A stretch of 64,000 nt of DNA, from IMG/VR virus record IMGVR_UViG_3300042894_004766, positions 35,792 to 99,791 of that record. One strand, given 5' to 3'. Position numbers and translations under genes: made by a program. The notes below the pieces were generated by a model that saw nothing but the letters and a program-made list of their open reading frames with translations, was not told the DNA's origin and ran no database searches. The DNA is from a virus. Of this stretch, positions 28,808-39,044 are shown piece after piece (the first letter of the stretch is position 1; the number at the start of each line of letters is the position of its first letter).

Positions 28808-29926
28808 ATGAGAGTTTTTATGATAACAGATACTCATTTTGGTATCTATCTAAATAATCTGGACAAATGGCAAAATATGATGGAATCTACATTTTATGAT
28901 TTTGTAATTCCTTATTTAAAAGAAAATGTTAGAGAAGGTGATGTACTAATACATCTTGGTGATTTATTTGATAATAGAACTAGTATACCAATAATAACTT
29001 TAAATAAAGTAGAAAAGATTTTAAAAGAGTTAAGTAAGATATTACCAGTTCATATAATGTTGGGAAATCATGACTTGTTTAATAAAGGATCTAATGAAGT
29101 AAACTCTGTTAGATTATATGGTTATATCGATAACATTACCGTATATGAAGAAACAACAACCTTAGAATTGGGTGGTCAAAGAATCGTTTTAATGCCTTGG
29201 GTTGAAAAACGTTTAGATATGGTCAATGAAATTAGATCTAATCAAGGTGATTATCTAATGTGTCACTCCGACTTAAATGGATGTAAAATGCACCTTAATT
29301 CAGTTGCTCATAGAAACGCTGATAAGATAGATGTAGAAGATTTTAAGTCGTATAAGAGAGCCTTTTCTGGTCATATACATATTCGCCAAGAGAATAGTAA
29401 TTTCACGTTTATAGGGTCTTTATATCAAATGGATAGAAATGATTATGGTGATCAAAAGGGAATAACAATGTTAGATTTATCTGATGATGAAGTTACTTTT
29501 ATACCAAATACATATTCACCTGTATTTAGAAAATATAATGTTATTTCAGAAACTGATGTTGATGGATTAGATGCTTTAAGAAATTCAAAAGATTATATTG
29601 ACTTATCTATCTCAAATAACTTACTTATTAGTAATAGAAAGTTAAGAAGAAAGTTAGAAGTTTTATTAGAAAATAGTGGATTTTCTTCTGTTGATTATAT
29701 TGATGATATAGTTACTAAGGTTGACGAATCTGTTGATACAACACCTGATGAAGAATTTGATGAAGAAAAATTAGATATTTCTATACAACTTGATTATGCT
29801 GATTATATAAAAGAGTATATAAACAAACAAAAGTATGATAATGATACTTTTAGAGAAGGAGTAGTAGCTGAATATGATGAGGTTATTAAAATTTATAATG
29901 AGAACTATAGTTCTAAAAAAGATTAA
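28808..29926 (+). CDS. gp47: Recombination endonuclease subunit (gp47/SbcD/Mre11-like)
   Basis: TDTHFG, LGDLFDNR, GNHD, SGHIH metallophosphoesterase motifs. Confidence 0.93.
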   Translation: MRVFMITDTHFGIYLNNLDKWQNMMESTFYDFVIPYLKENVREGDVLIHLGDLFDNRTSIPIITLNKVEKILKELSKILPVHIMLGNHDLFNKGSNEVNSVRLYGYIDNITVYEETTTLELGGQRIVLMPWVEKRLDMVNEIRSNQGDYLMCHSDLNGCKMHLNSVAHRNADKIDVEDFKSYKRAFSGHIHIRQENSNFTFIGSLYQMDRNDYGDQKGITMLDLSDDEVTFIPNTYSPVFRKYNVISETDVDGLDALRNSKDYIDLSISNNLLISNRKLRRKLEVLLENSGFSSVDYIDDIVTKVDESVDTTPDEEFDEEKLDISIQLDYADYIKEYINKQKYDNDTFREGVVAEYDEVIKIYNENYSSKKD

Positions 29927-29927
29927 A

Positions 29928-30128
29928 ATGAGAGCAGAAAACGTATTTGAAAGAATTACAAATGGTATACTATACAATCGTAATTTAAAAGTTTATACAA
30001 AAGACTATTTACAAGGAATTGTAATAGAACTTGAACAACAAGAGAAGTTTGAGAAATGTGTAATACTAAATGATTTTATAAGTAAAAGATTTAACCACGA
30101 GTTAAATTACAAAAACCCTATTAGATAG
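29928..30128 (+). CDS. Small protein with UVR-like motif
   Basis: ELEQQEKFEKCVILND. Start moved to 29928. Confidence 0.55.
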   Translation: MRAENVFERITNGILYNRNLKVYTKDYLQGIVIELEQQEKFEKCVILNDFISKRFNHELNYKNPIR

Positions 30129-30162
30129 GGTTTTAATTTTTATTTGTAGTCCATTCTCCCCA

Positions 30163-30429
30163 TTAGATAGGGTTTTTTTGTAATCTTATTTTTAAGTCTC
30201 CGGTTCCTTTTATAACTCTGTGATAAACACCCATTGGTATAAAAATTTCACCTTGAATAACTTTTGGTAATTCATCATCTAATTGTATTTTCCAATCTGT
30301 TTCACCTATAGATTCAATTATTCTATCTTCTCTATCACGATGCCATTGATAATCTCCTGAGTCAGTATCTTGTTTAAACTCTCTGATAAATATATTATCT
30401 GATACTATTTCTTCTTTAAAAGGTAACAT
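30163..30429 (-). CDS. Small cupin-like protein
   Basis: WHRDREDR...IPMGVYHRVIKG. Confidence 0.7.
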   Translation of the reverse strand: MLPFKEEIVSDNIFIREFKQDTDSGDYQWHRDREDRIIESIGETDWKIQLDDELPKVIQGEIFIPMGVYHRVIKGTGDLKIRLQKNPI

Positions 30430-30821
30430 TAGTTTACTATTTCTTTATATCTTTCTTTGAATTTATCAATTTTACCTAACCAATTATCTTTTACATCACA
30501 ATCTTTTACATAGTTTTTAACTCTTGGTTCAACATATAGTAGAAGTTCTCTTATTTGTCCTATAAATGCAGATAACATTTTAGGATTATTATATAATAAA
30601 CTAAGATTATCAATTAGTTCTGCATATGTTTTCCCATTTATAAGAGGTTCTCTAAGTCTTTTCATCATAGAACTCAATTCATCTGTTGCTTTTTGATCAA
30701 CACCCATTTTGGTTATTTGTGAAAATCCCATTGTTATCAACATACCAAAATCAAACAAAAAATCATTGATGAATTTTTTGTTTGTAGATTCAAAAATTTT
30801 ATATTCTTTTAAATATCTCAT
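30429..30821 (-). CDS. CTS-tagged hypothetical protein
   Basis: Starts MRYLKEYKIFES. Confidence 0.75.
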   Translation of the reverse strand: MRYLKEYKIFESTNKKFINDFLFDFGMLITMGFSQITKMGVDQKATDELSSMMKRLREPLINGKTYAELIDNLSLLYNNPKMLSAFIGQIRELLLYVEPRVKNYVKDCDVKDNWLGKIDKFKERYKEIVN

Positions 30822-30836
30822 ATTATTATAAATTTT

Positions 30837-31415
30837 TTACCAGAAGCCGGGGTACGTACGTCCACCCCACAGATGTCCATATTTATTTATTCTACAAGCC
30901 CAATAACCTGCCGTAGTTCTATCTTTTTTAGTTGAACACTTATGTCTTGCCGCAAAAGAACTTCTTGCCTTAGGATTACTTACTTTAGCAGTTAAGCCAC
31001 CGTGTACATCACCAAATGCAATCTTTTTGACATTACCTGTTTTAGGATTTTTAACAAAAACTTGATATTTCTTAGTACCACCTCTCATTGGATAATTTAA
31101 CTTAACTTCTCTACCTTGGTATTCTGCTTCGTTTAATTCTTCAATAGTTTCCATTGGTAAATCTAATGGAACTGTTACTCCTTCATATTCTGCAAATCTA
31201 CCTATATCAGTTGATTCAAATAATTCAGTATCTAATTCAGACAATTCAATTTGATTATTATCATATAGTTCTCTAGCTTCTTTGATTAAGTTAAAGTATT
31301 GATTAGAACCAGGTCTAAACACATTTTCAACAATAGGTTTATTATTATCAATGTGATATTGTAGATTTTCTGATATTCTACCAGAAAATGATTCAAATAG
31401 TTTTAAGTACTTCAT
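30837..31415 (-). CDS. CTS-tagged protein with basic C-terminal phage domain (DUF6321-like)
   Basis: Starts MKYLKLFESF. KKIAFG..ARSSFAARHKC..TAGYWAC. Late promoter at 31434-31443. Confidence 0.75.
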   Translation of the reverse strand: MKYLKLFESFSGRISENLQYHIDNNKPIVENVFRPGSNQYFNLIKEARELYDNNQIELSELDTELFESTDIGRFAEYEGVTVPLDLPMETIEELNEAEYQGREVKLNYPMRGGTKKYQVFVKNPKTGNVKKIAFGDVHGGLTAKVSNPKARSSFAARHKCSTKKDRTTAGYWACRINKYGHLWGGRTYPGFW

Positions 31416-31491
31416 AAGTAAGTATTTTTTTAGTATATATTAAATATCAAGAACTCAAAATTTAATATATAATCAAAACTTAATAAACTTA

Positions 31492-34400
31492 ATGTCAAGT
31501 CACGAAAATTTATATTTCTTTAATAAACAAGGAGACGCTCTAAACTTCAGATATGATGAAACAACTCAATTATTTCAAGGAGATATTCTTTTTGATGAGA
31601 ATTCAACAGATACTTTTAAAACATATGCTCTTTATACATTGGAGAGAATACCATCATTTGAATTTGAGTCACCAGGTGAATTAGGAACTAATAAATTTCA
31701 GTTATTTAATGAATATGGATTTCATTTTTATGGATGTAAAGACACATTAAATAAACAAATAACTAAGATAGAACCGGTAAATAATGATCCTGACTTCTAT
31801 TCTAAATGGATATATGGTACTGATTTTGAATCAGTATTTCCAGTAGGAACTTTGATTATATTTAATCAATCATTATTAGAATTTACTAATCCAGATCAAA
31901 CATTTGTTGTTGTTGGTACAAAAAAGAATGCAATTTTAATTATATCAACAGTAGATAACTCTACTTTTGAGACTACTTACTATAGTGATTATTCAAATAA
32001 TTCTTTATATGTCGGTAAAACAATATCTGGTATAAATGCAGTTGGTGTTTATAATTATATTGATACAAATTATGTAAATAATTTATCAGTTTGGAATGAA
32101 CCAAACTTTTATGATAAAGTTTATAGAGGTAAAAAGTTAAATGTAGTAAATAGTAATATAAATGATGGTATTTATACTATAAAGGGTCCAGAGATAACAG
32201 ATATAATTCATTTTGAATATTTAACTACTCCTGCTTTACTACCGACAAACTCTGATTTAATTATTGAGGTTGTTTTAGGAACAGACTTACCAAAGTTATA
32301 TGATGGTGGTTTAGAGATAACTGCGGATAGTAAAATATTGGTAACTAACTATATATACTATCCAACTATGTTAAAATCTGGACAAGAATTTAAGGTTGTT
32401 GGTTCTGTAACAAATGAAAACTTTTTTACAACTGCTGATACTTATGACTTTACTTCAAATAATAATATAAAGTTTTATAATTTAGATGATCAAGTTACTT
32501 TTGATGGTAAACTATATCAGTGTGTTCAAGCTTATACTCATAGTCACGCAGATCAGGCAACTAAATTTATAAATCCTAGTAATGATAATACTCACTGGTC
32601 AAATCCAACATTTATTAGAGTAAATGAATCGACAGTGGATGAATCATTATTATTTGCACAGATATACTTAACAAAAGAAAAGTATTACTATGACTATGGT
32701 TTTACTCAATCTAGTTCTGTAACAATGGCCGCCGCTGCAGAGAAATATAAAACTGATTTAGATATATTTAATGTTGATCTTTATTATGATAAAGGTTATT
32801 TAAAAGCGGATTTAGTTTATCCAAGTAGATATGCGGTTGTTAATTTCTATCATACACAGGTTGGACCAACATACTCGATTGGAGATGAATATAGAGCATT
32901 TGATAGACTTATTGAGGTAAATGAGACTCTTAAACCTGAATTTAATTATGATTACTCAGAGAACTTTAAATACAATATAGTTTTTACTGATTTAGATGAA
33001 TATGGGTTAAAGATAATCATAAACAAAATGGTTTATGAGGAAGAAATATCTTATGTTTATACTGGAATTGGTTTAGATTTACCAAGAACAATTGATAGAA
33101 CACTTAGAAATTGGTTAACAAGAAATTATATTACTTTATATAAGTTAGGTATCAATGCTGAATTGGAATATACATATGTTGCTGGTGGTCCTATTAGTTC
33201 TGTATTTTTTAATTCAATAGTTATTAAAACTGAATATCCTAATGTACCAATTGATGTTAGTTCTGTATTAGTTGGAACTACTGCAAATTATTTTATTGAA
33301 CATTCAAGAGTACTTTTTAATGATTTAGGACCTTCTTTAAATGTAAAGATAAATAATAAAGATCACATTGTACAAAGTACAACATCCTCATTATCAACTG
33401 CAACTGCATCTGTCTTTGATGTTCCACTAACATTGAAGTCTTGGGTTGATTTATATTCAAATGATTTAAAGGAATATGGATTTATTATTAATAATATAAA
33501 TAGTGTTTTAAAGTTTGATATTAAACAAACTGATGTTGCGTTTGATTATACTATTACAACAGGTAAGGTAAATTTACCTGGTTTAAATGATTATAAAATA
33601 ACAAAAAAGATAAGGGGTAATCGAGGCACTTTAGTTGCTTCTAATGAAGTTATTTTGTCTGCATCATCATCTTTATCATTTGAACAAGAAGGATTCGCTA
33701 CAGGTATGGTATTTTCACTTAATAATACATATTGGCCTTGGATGAATCAAGAGTTTGCTATTGAGTTTTTAGATCCACTTGTATTGAATTTAAGTTATCA
33801 AGGTCCTTTTTGGGATTATAATAATACAATTTGTAATAAATCACCATTTGTTACTATTGCATTTAATTTAGGATTTGGGCAGACAGAATGTGATCCAATT
33901 AGTGCTACAGAGGGTGGCCAATTTAATCAGTATCAGTTTAGTGATACTCAATTTAATATAAACTTTTATCCTAACACTTATACACTTAGCGAATATGAAT
34001 CGACTACTAATTTAGTTGATATTAAGTATATACAACTATCAGAGACTGTACTTTCTCTAGGTGATGATTTAGTTGTACATGATTCATATAGTGGAATATA
34101 TATTACAACAATTACTTTATCTGGTAATGTGAATAGTATTAAAATGGAATTTAATCCTATAAATAACTATGTTTATTGTTTATCTTTAAATAAAGTTTGG
34201 ATTGTTGATCCATCTACCAATTACTTAATTACATCTTTTGGCTTAACTAATGATGCAGTTGATTTATTGGTAAATCCTAATAATGGTGATGTTTACATTA
34301 GTTATAGTAATTTATCGGAAGTACATATTTTTAAATCTACAACATTTAATTTAAGTCCAGACTTTCCAATTTCTACTTTTGCTAGTACTGGTAAAATGGC

Positions 34401-37314
34401 TTATAACGAATTTGAGAATGATATTTATGTTATTACCGTTGATAATATTTTAAGAATAGACGGTAATACAAGATCATTACAAGTAGTTTATAATCTACCA
34501 GGTGTTATTGATTATATACTATATGAGCCAGTTAATGAATCTATATTTGTTTATGGTAGCACAGATTTATATAGAATTGATAATGGTTCTCTTTCAACTT
34601 TATCAATTTCAACACAGACATTTAATGATATTATTTTTAATAATTTAACTGGTGATATGAATATATCAGATTCATCTTTTGAAGTAACAAGATTAGGATT
34701 AGATGGTAGTATTTTGAAACAAACTAATATTGCAAACTATGGATATATGGCATTGAATCAATATGATGGTGCCATTTATATCTCATCACAAAATGCAAAT
34801 TCTGTAGTTGTTATAGATTCAATAACACAGCAGTTAGTTTATCAAAATTCACTTTCAGCACCCACAACAAAAATAATTTATAATCCTGATAGAAAATCTA
34901 TTTGGGTATTACAACCATCATTTAATCAAATAATTGAAATAGAAGTAGGTTTAAATAATGATGCGACAGTAGTGGTTGGTACTGCGAGTTATATAAATGA
35001 CAATGTATATGGTACTTTAGATCCTAATTTTGAGGAAAGAGATGATATATGGTTAAAAACTAGAGATTACTTTAGAAGACCTAGAGAAAACTTCACAGAT
35101 GATTATAGAGTACAATATTATTGGAAATGGTTTTCTGATAATGTACCACAATTCTTTTTATATGACTTTTCTGGTGATCAATTGACTAGAACTACAACCG
35201 GATCATATTCATATATTGGTCCAAAGCCTTTAAATAATATTGTTTTAAATAGAAATTCTAATACTGATGTATCTAAGGTTTCTGTATCTGAATATCAACA
35301 AACAATTTTTGATAAAATTGAATATTCATTAAGTTATATTGATGATGAGGTTGATATTTCTACTTCAGTAGAACCACTTCAATTATTTGTTGGATTTCAA
35401 TCACAAAATGAAGGAGCTCTTCGTTCTATATTACAATTGTATAAAAAAGAAGATATAAACTTTACTATTGAGACTAAAGAAGATACAGAGGTAATTCTAC
35501 AAACATTAGATGTAAATGGTCCAGATAAAAGAGGTTTAATATCACTTAGTTCATATTCAACAGAGTATTTTACTGATAAAGGATTAAAACCAGGTCAACA
35601 TATTGTTATTTATCTTAAAGATAAGACTAGTCGTACAAATCAGTATATATCATATAATAATGGTACTTTACTTAAAATTAGAGAAGTTTATTCAAAATCT
35701 TTAATAGTAGATTTCTTTAATTTAACAACTGATATTTTGGATTTAGAATCAACAACTGTTAATCATCCAACTGCAAATGATGTACTTTATTTAAGTTTTG
35801 GTATTAAAGTTATTGATAAGGAAATTGGTAGATTTTTTACTTATGGTCAGACAGAAGAAGAAGATATTAGACATAAGATTGAATTAGGTAATGTTGGTAA
35901 ACTAATATCACCGGAAGACGTATTTATATTTAAACAATATGATATTGAAGAAGGTGGTATTGATTGGGTTTATTTGAATATGAAGAGAAAGGAAATGTTG
36001 ATGATGAAACATCTAATATATCCTTATATCGGATCTTATAAATCAATTATAAATGCTATAAACTTTTTTGGTTATAATGATTTACAATTAAATGAGTATT
36101 ATAGAAATATTGATGCTAGTTCTGAAAACTTTTTAAAACTTTTTAAAGTTGAGATTCCTGATATTTTTGATAATAGTGTTGAAGGTTGGACCGAGAATGA
36201 TTTTATTAGACATACAATGCCAAATGATAATTTTGAGGGAACTAATTTATTTAATTTAACATACTTTATTACTGATAAAGAAGGTAATAATACTTTAAAT
36301 TATACATTAGATGAGGTTATCATAAAACTTCAGGGATTAAAATATTGGCTAAAGAAAAATATTATACCTTTAACACATAAGATACTTGATATTACTGGTA
36401 ATGCTTATTTTACTGGAGGAACTCAAATACAACATAAATTACAAGATACTAGAATAGTCAATATTTATGATAATATGACACCAATTACATCTAAATTAAA
36501 CGAAGCTTACCTTATGCCAGTAAATAGTGGTTCTACTGTTTATAACTGTGTATTGGACTTCTATTCGATTATTCCAGATGTTGGTGCAGACAAAACTAAA
36601 ACAGGTTTGGTTGTACCTCCAAAACCTTTTAATGGTAAAGTATTAAATTTACCAGATTACTTTACTATTAAAATTAGAACTTATAAAACATATAAAGAAT
36701 GGGCACCATTTGTTAGTTATGATTTTGGTGATAGAGTTACTTACTATGGTAAGTTATATGATTCTGTTTATCAAACAGTAGTATTTAATCAAGTAACAAG
36801 AATTTATGAGTTAGTAGACAGTCCTAATAAAATAAACTCTCCTCGAAAATATGAGAATGTTACCAGTTGGATATCTAATCAGTCTTATTTGGAAACAAGT
36901 TTAGTTGAATATAATAGAGATATTTATGTTTTATTGAGTCCAACTCAATCAAATGTCACACCATATTCTGATTTTACTACTAATCTTGGAGGTGGTACTT
37001 ATATTTGGAATAAAGTAACAGAATGGAAAGAAATCGATTGGGATCCAGTTCAGACTATTTCTGAATTTAGACAAGGAAATGATCTATTACCATTTAACTT
37101 TACATTAGACTCAAATATTGATCCATTTGTAACTGTAGAGGTAATATCAGACAATGGGTATGGATGTATTTATAATGATAAAAAGAATTATGAAATAAGA
37201 GGATTAAAGGATTTGGTAGAACCTTATAAACCTATTGAGACAATAGGACCATTTATTCCTATTATAATCAATACTACACCGCCATTTCTAGGTGCTTTGA
37301 CAAGAAATCCTTAG
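31492..37314 (+). CDS. Very large baseplate wedge/structural protein with beta-propeller and CBM5/12-like modules
   Basis: 1940 aa. YVTN-like repeats (FNPINNYVY, VNPNNGDVY, YNPDRKSIW). CBM-like VTFDGKLYQCVQ and GDRVTYYGKLY. YIGSYKSIINAINFFGY. Late promoter at 31462-31471. Confidence 0.7.
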   Translation: MSSHENLYFFNKQGDALNFRYDETTQLFQGDILFDENSTDTFKTYALYTLERIPSFEFESPGELGTNKFQLFNEYGFHFYGCKDTLNKQITKIEPVNNDPDFYSKWIYGTDFESVFPVGTLIIFNQSLLEFTNPDQTFVVVGTKKNAILIISTVDNSTFETTYYSDYSNNSLYVGKTISGINAVGVYNYIDTNYVNNLSVWNEPNFYDKVYRGKKLNVVNSNINDGIYTIKGPEITDIIHFEYLTTPALLPTNSDLIIEVVLGTDLPKLYDGGLEITADSKILVTNYIYYPTMLKSGQEFKVVGSVTNENFFTTADTYDFTSNNNIKFYNLDDQVTFDGKLYQCVQAYTHSHADQATKFINPSNDNTHWSNPTFIRVNESTVDESLLFAQIYLTKEKYYYDYGFTQSSSVTMAAAAEKYKTDLDIFNVDLYYDKGYLKADLVYPSRYAVVNFYHTQVGPTYSIGDEYRAFDRLIEVNETLKPEFNYDYSENFKYNIVFTDLDEYGLKIIINKMVYEEEISYVYTGIGLDLPRTIDRTLRNWLTRNYITLYKLGINAELEYTYVAGGPISSVFFNSIVIKTEYPNVPIDVSSVLVGTTANYFIEHSRVLFNDLGPSLNVKINNKDHIVQSTTSSLSTATASVFDVPLTLKSWVDLYSNDLKEYGFIINNINSVLKFDIKQTDVAFDYTITTGKVNLPGLNDYKITKKIRGNRGTLVASNEVILSASSSLSFEQEGFATGMVFSLNNTYWPWMNQEFAIEFLDPLVLNLSYQGPFWDYNNTICNKSPFVTIAFNLGFGQTECDPISATEGGQFNQYQFSDTQFNINFYPNTYTLSEYESTTNLVDIKYIQLSETVLSLGDDLVVHDSYSGIYITTITLSGNVNSIKMEFNPINNYVYCLSLNKVWIVDPSTNYLITSFGLTNDAVDLLVNPNNGDVYISYSNLSEVHIFKSTTFNLSPDFPISTFASTGKMAYNEFENDIYVITVDNILRIDGNTRSLQVVYNLPGVIDYILYEPVNESIFVYGSTDLYRIDNGSLSTLSISTQTFNDIIFNNLTGDMNISDSSFEVTRLGLDGSILKQTNIANYGYMALNQYDGAIYISSQNANSVVVIDSITQQLVYQNSLSAPTTKIIYNPDRKSIWVLQPSFNQIIEIEVGLNNDATVVVGTASYINDNVYGTLDPNFEERDDIWLKTRDYFRRPRENFTDDYRVQYYWKWFSDNVPQFFLYDFSGDQLTRTTTGSYSYIGPKPLNNIVLNRNSNTDVSKVSVSEYQQTIFDKIEYSLSYIDDEVDISTSVEPLQLFVGFQSQNEGALRSILQLYKKEDINFTIETKEDTEVILQTLDVNGPDKRGLISLSSYSTEYFTDKGLKPGQHIVIYLKDKTSRTNQYISYNNGTLLKIREVYSKSLIVDFFNLTTDILDLESTTVNHPTANDVLYLSFGIKVIDKEIGRFFTYGQTEEEDIRHKIELGNVGKLISPEDVFIFKQYDIEEGGIDWVYLNMKRKEMLMMKHLIYPYIGSYKSIINAINFFGYNDLQLNEYYRNIDASSENFLKLFKVEIPDIFDNSVEGWTENDFIRHTMPNDNFEGTNLFNLTYFITDKEGNNTLNYTLDEVIIKLQGLKYWLKKNIIPLTHKILDITGNAYFTGGTQIQHKLQDTRIVNIYDNMTPITSKLNEAYLMPVNSGSTVYNCVLDFYSIIPDVGADKTKTGLVVPPKPFNGKVLNLPDYFTIKIRTYKTYKEWAPFVSYDFGDRVTYYGKLYDSVYQTVVFNQVTRIYELVDSPNKINSPRKYENVTSWISNQSYLETSLVEYNRDIYVLLSPTQSNVTPYSDFTTNLGGGTYIWNKVTEWKEIDWDPVQTISEFRQGNDLLPFNFTLDSNIDPFVTVEVISDNGYGCIYNDKKNYEIRGLKDLVEPYKPIETIGPFIPIIINTTPPFLGALTRNP

Positions 37315-37331
37315 AATTTCATAAAATTAAT

Positions 37332-37377
37332 AAATAAAAATACTCTTAATTTTAAATAATTAAGAGTATTTTTATTT
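37332..37377. terminator. Bidirectional terminator / long inverted repeat
   Basis: AAATAAAAATACTCTTAATT-TTAAAT-AATTAAGAGTATTTTTATTT. Confidence 0.75.
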
Positions 37378-37405
37378 ATATATTGATTTAGTCAGTCAAA
37401 AATTA

Positions 37406-38065
37406 TTACTTTACTTCTTCAAATTCAATTTCTGTTTGATTACTTCTAACTTCTTTAGAAACTCCTTCTTCAAAACAAGCAACCCAGTCTAAGACATCTG
37501 TTGCAACATTTTTACCAATAGTATCATAGTAGTTAAAAACTTTACTAACCGCACCAATTCTTTTAAGAATTTCTGAAAATGTATAAGTATCTTTTGTAAG
37601 ACCTTTAACTTTGTGTTCCGCAATTAAATGATAGATATATGTTATCTCTGTTGCATCTACTAAGAATGGAATAGAGTCTGTATCATTTGTAAATTTATCG
37701 GTTCTCATAGTTCCTAATATTTCTGTTAATTCAATTGCTAAGAATATAGTATTTACATCATATTCTAATTTACTTTGAATCAAATCACTTAGAAATTTAT
37801 ATTGAACTCTATTTAAGTTAAAGTTATACTTAGTTGACTTTAACGCATTTGTATAATCTATACAAAGTTCTTGAGCACTTTTATAAAGACTATCTTTTTC
37901 TAATTCTGTTTTTCCTTTACCATCATTATTTTTGATAAAGTCTAATATTGCTTGATATTTATTATCTAGATTAGATTCAAAATCTTCTCCAATATTTTTA
38001 TAATCTATATCATTTTCTGTAAAAATAACACTTGGTTTAATTACGTTTGTTTGTATATCTGACAT
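37406..38065 (-). CDS. Hypothetical protein
   Basis: 219-aa ORF in a co-oriented run. Confidence 0.7.
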   Translation of the reverse strand: MSDIQTNVIKPSVIFTENDIDYKNIGEDFESNLDNKYQAILDFIKNNDGKGKTELEKDSLYKSAQELCIDYTNALKSTKYNFNLNRVQYKFLSDLIQSKLEYDVNTIFLAIELTEILGTMRTDKFTNDTDSIPFLVDATEITYIYHLIAEHKVKGLTKDTYTFSEILKRIGAVSKVFNYYDTIGKNVATDVLDWVACFEEGVSKEVRSNQTEIEFEEVK

Positions 38066-38081
38066 ACTTTTTTAATTATTT

Positions 38082-38507
38082 TTATACGATAAAATCGTTA
38101 TCTTGATCTTCTTTTTGCTCAGCAAATAAAGTTTCTACTTGGTTGGCTCTACTAACTTTTTCAACACCATATTTTACTACAATTGAAGAAAATGTATTAA
38201 AGTCAGTTCCTACTAACTTAATTTTACCACTTTCTAAATTCATGTTGATTTTATCAATCTCTTGTTCAATTAAGATAGTTCTTGACTCCTCATCAAATGC
38301 ATCCATTAAATCTTCATTGATAGTAATCTTCAAATCTTTTTTAAGAACGAATGCGTAATCATCTGCAATTTTAGAGATTTTAATAAGTTGTTTTTGTTTT
38401 TTAACTCCAATGAATTCAAATTCAATTTTCACAGGAAATGTTTTTTTATTAAAAACATCAAAAAAATCATTTATTGTATCTTCCGATAGCTCATAAAAAT
38501 TATCCAT
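38082..38507 (-). CDS. Phage metallopeptidase-like protein, degenerate active site
   Basis: ITINED..DEESRTILIEQEIDKI..D.F..IVVKYG pattern, with HExxH replaced by QEIDK. Confidence 0.55.
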   Translation of the reverse strand: MDNFYELSEDTINDFFDVFNKKTFPVKIEFEFIGVKKQKQLIKISKIADDYAFVLKKDLKITINEDLMDAFDEESRTILIEQEIDKINMNLESGKIKLVGTDFNTFSSIVVKYGVEKVSRANQVETLFAEQKEDQDNDFIV

Positions 38508-38555
38508 ATTATATTTTATATTTTTATATTATAAAAAAATATGAAGGAAAGTTTA

Positions 38556-38987
38556 CTAATTTTTAAGTAAAAAGTAAGATATGATACTTAATATCACTAA
38601 GGTCGGAATAAATTTATAATAAAGATTGTTATAAAGTTTAGGTGTCTCAAGTAATGAGAATCCAATTACAATTAGATAAGAGTATTTATCAACCTTCTTA
38701 ATCTCATATGATCTAAAAAGTTCAACTAATCCTTTAGAATTTAGGAATCTTGCAACTTCTCCACTATATTCTCTAATATAAGTTTCTGATATTCTATCAA
38801 TATCAGACTTTTTTAGTGAATACGCCTCACCTACAAGTTCTTCAGGAACATTTAATACTGTATATAATCGATAAGCATTATCGACTCTTATATTTAAGTT
38901 TCTCTCAAGATCTACTTTATTTTCTTTAACTATTTTTCTATAAGATAGAAAAAGTTTTAATTTTTTAAAAAAAGATATTTTATTCAT
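38556..38987 (-). CDS. Protein with C-terminal TM helix
   Basis: FIPTLVILSIISYFLL at the C-terminus. AAAC-N18-TATAAT upstream. Confidence 0.7.
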   Translation of the reverse strand: MNKISFFKKLKLFLSYRKIVKENKVDLERNLNIRVDNAYRLYTVLNVPEELVGEAYSLKKSDIDRISETYIREYSGEVARFLNSKGLVELFRSYEIKKVDKYSYLIVIGFSLLETPKLYNNLYYKFIPTLVILSIISYFLLKN

Positions 38988-39044
38988 AATTATATTATAT
39001 GTATTTATATTGCATTTGTTTAGAGTAAATTAGAACTTATTATT

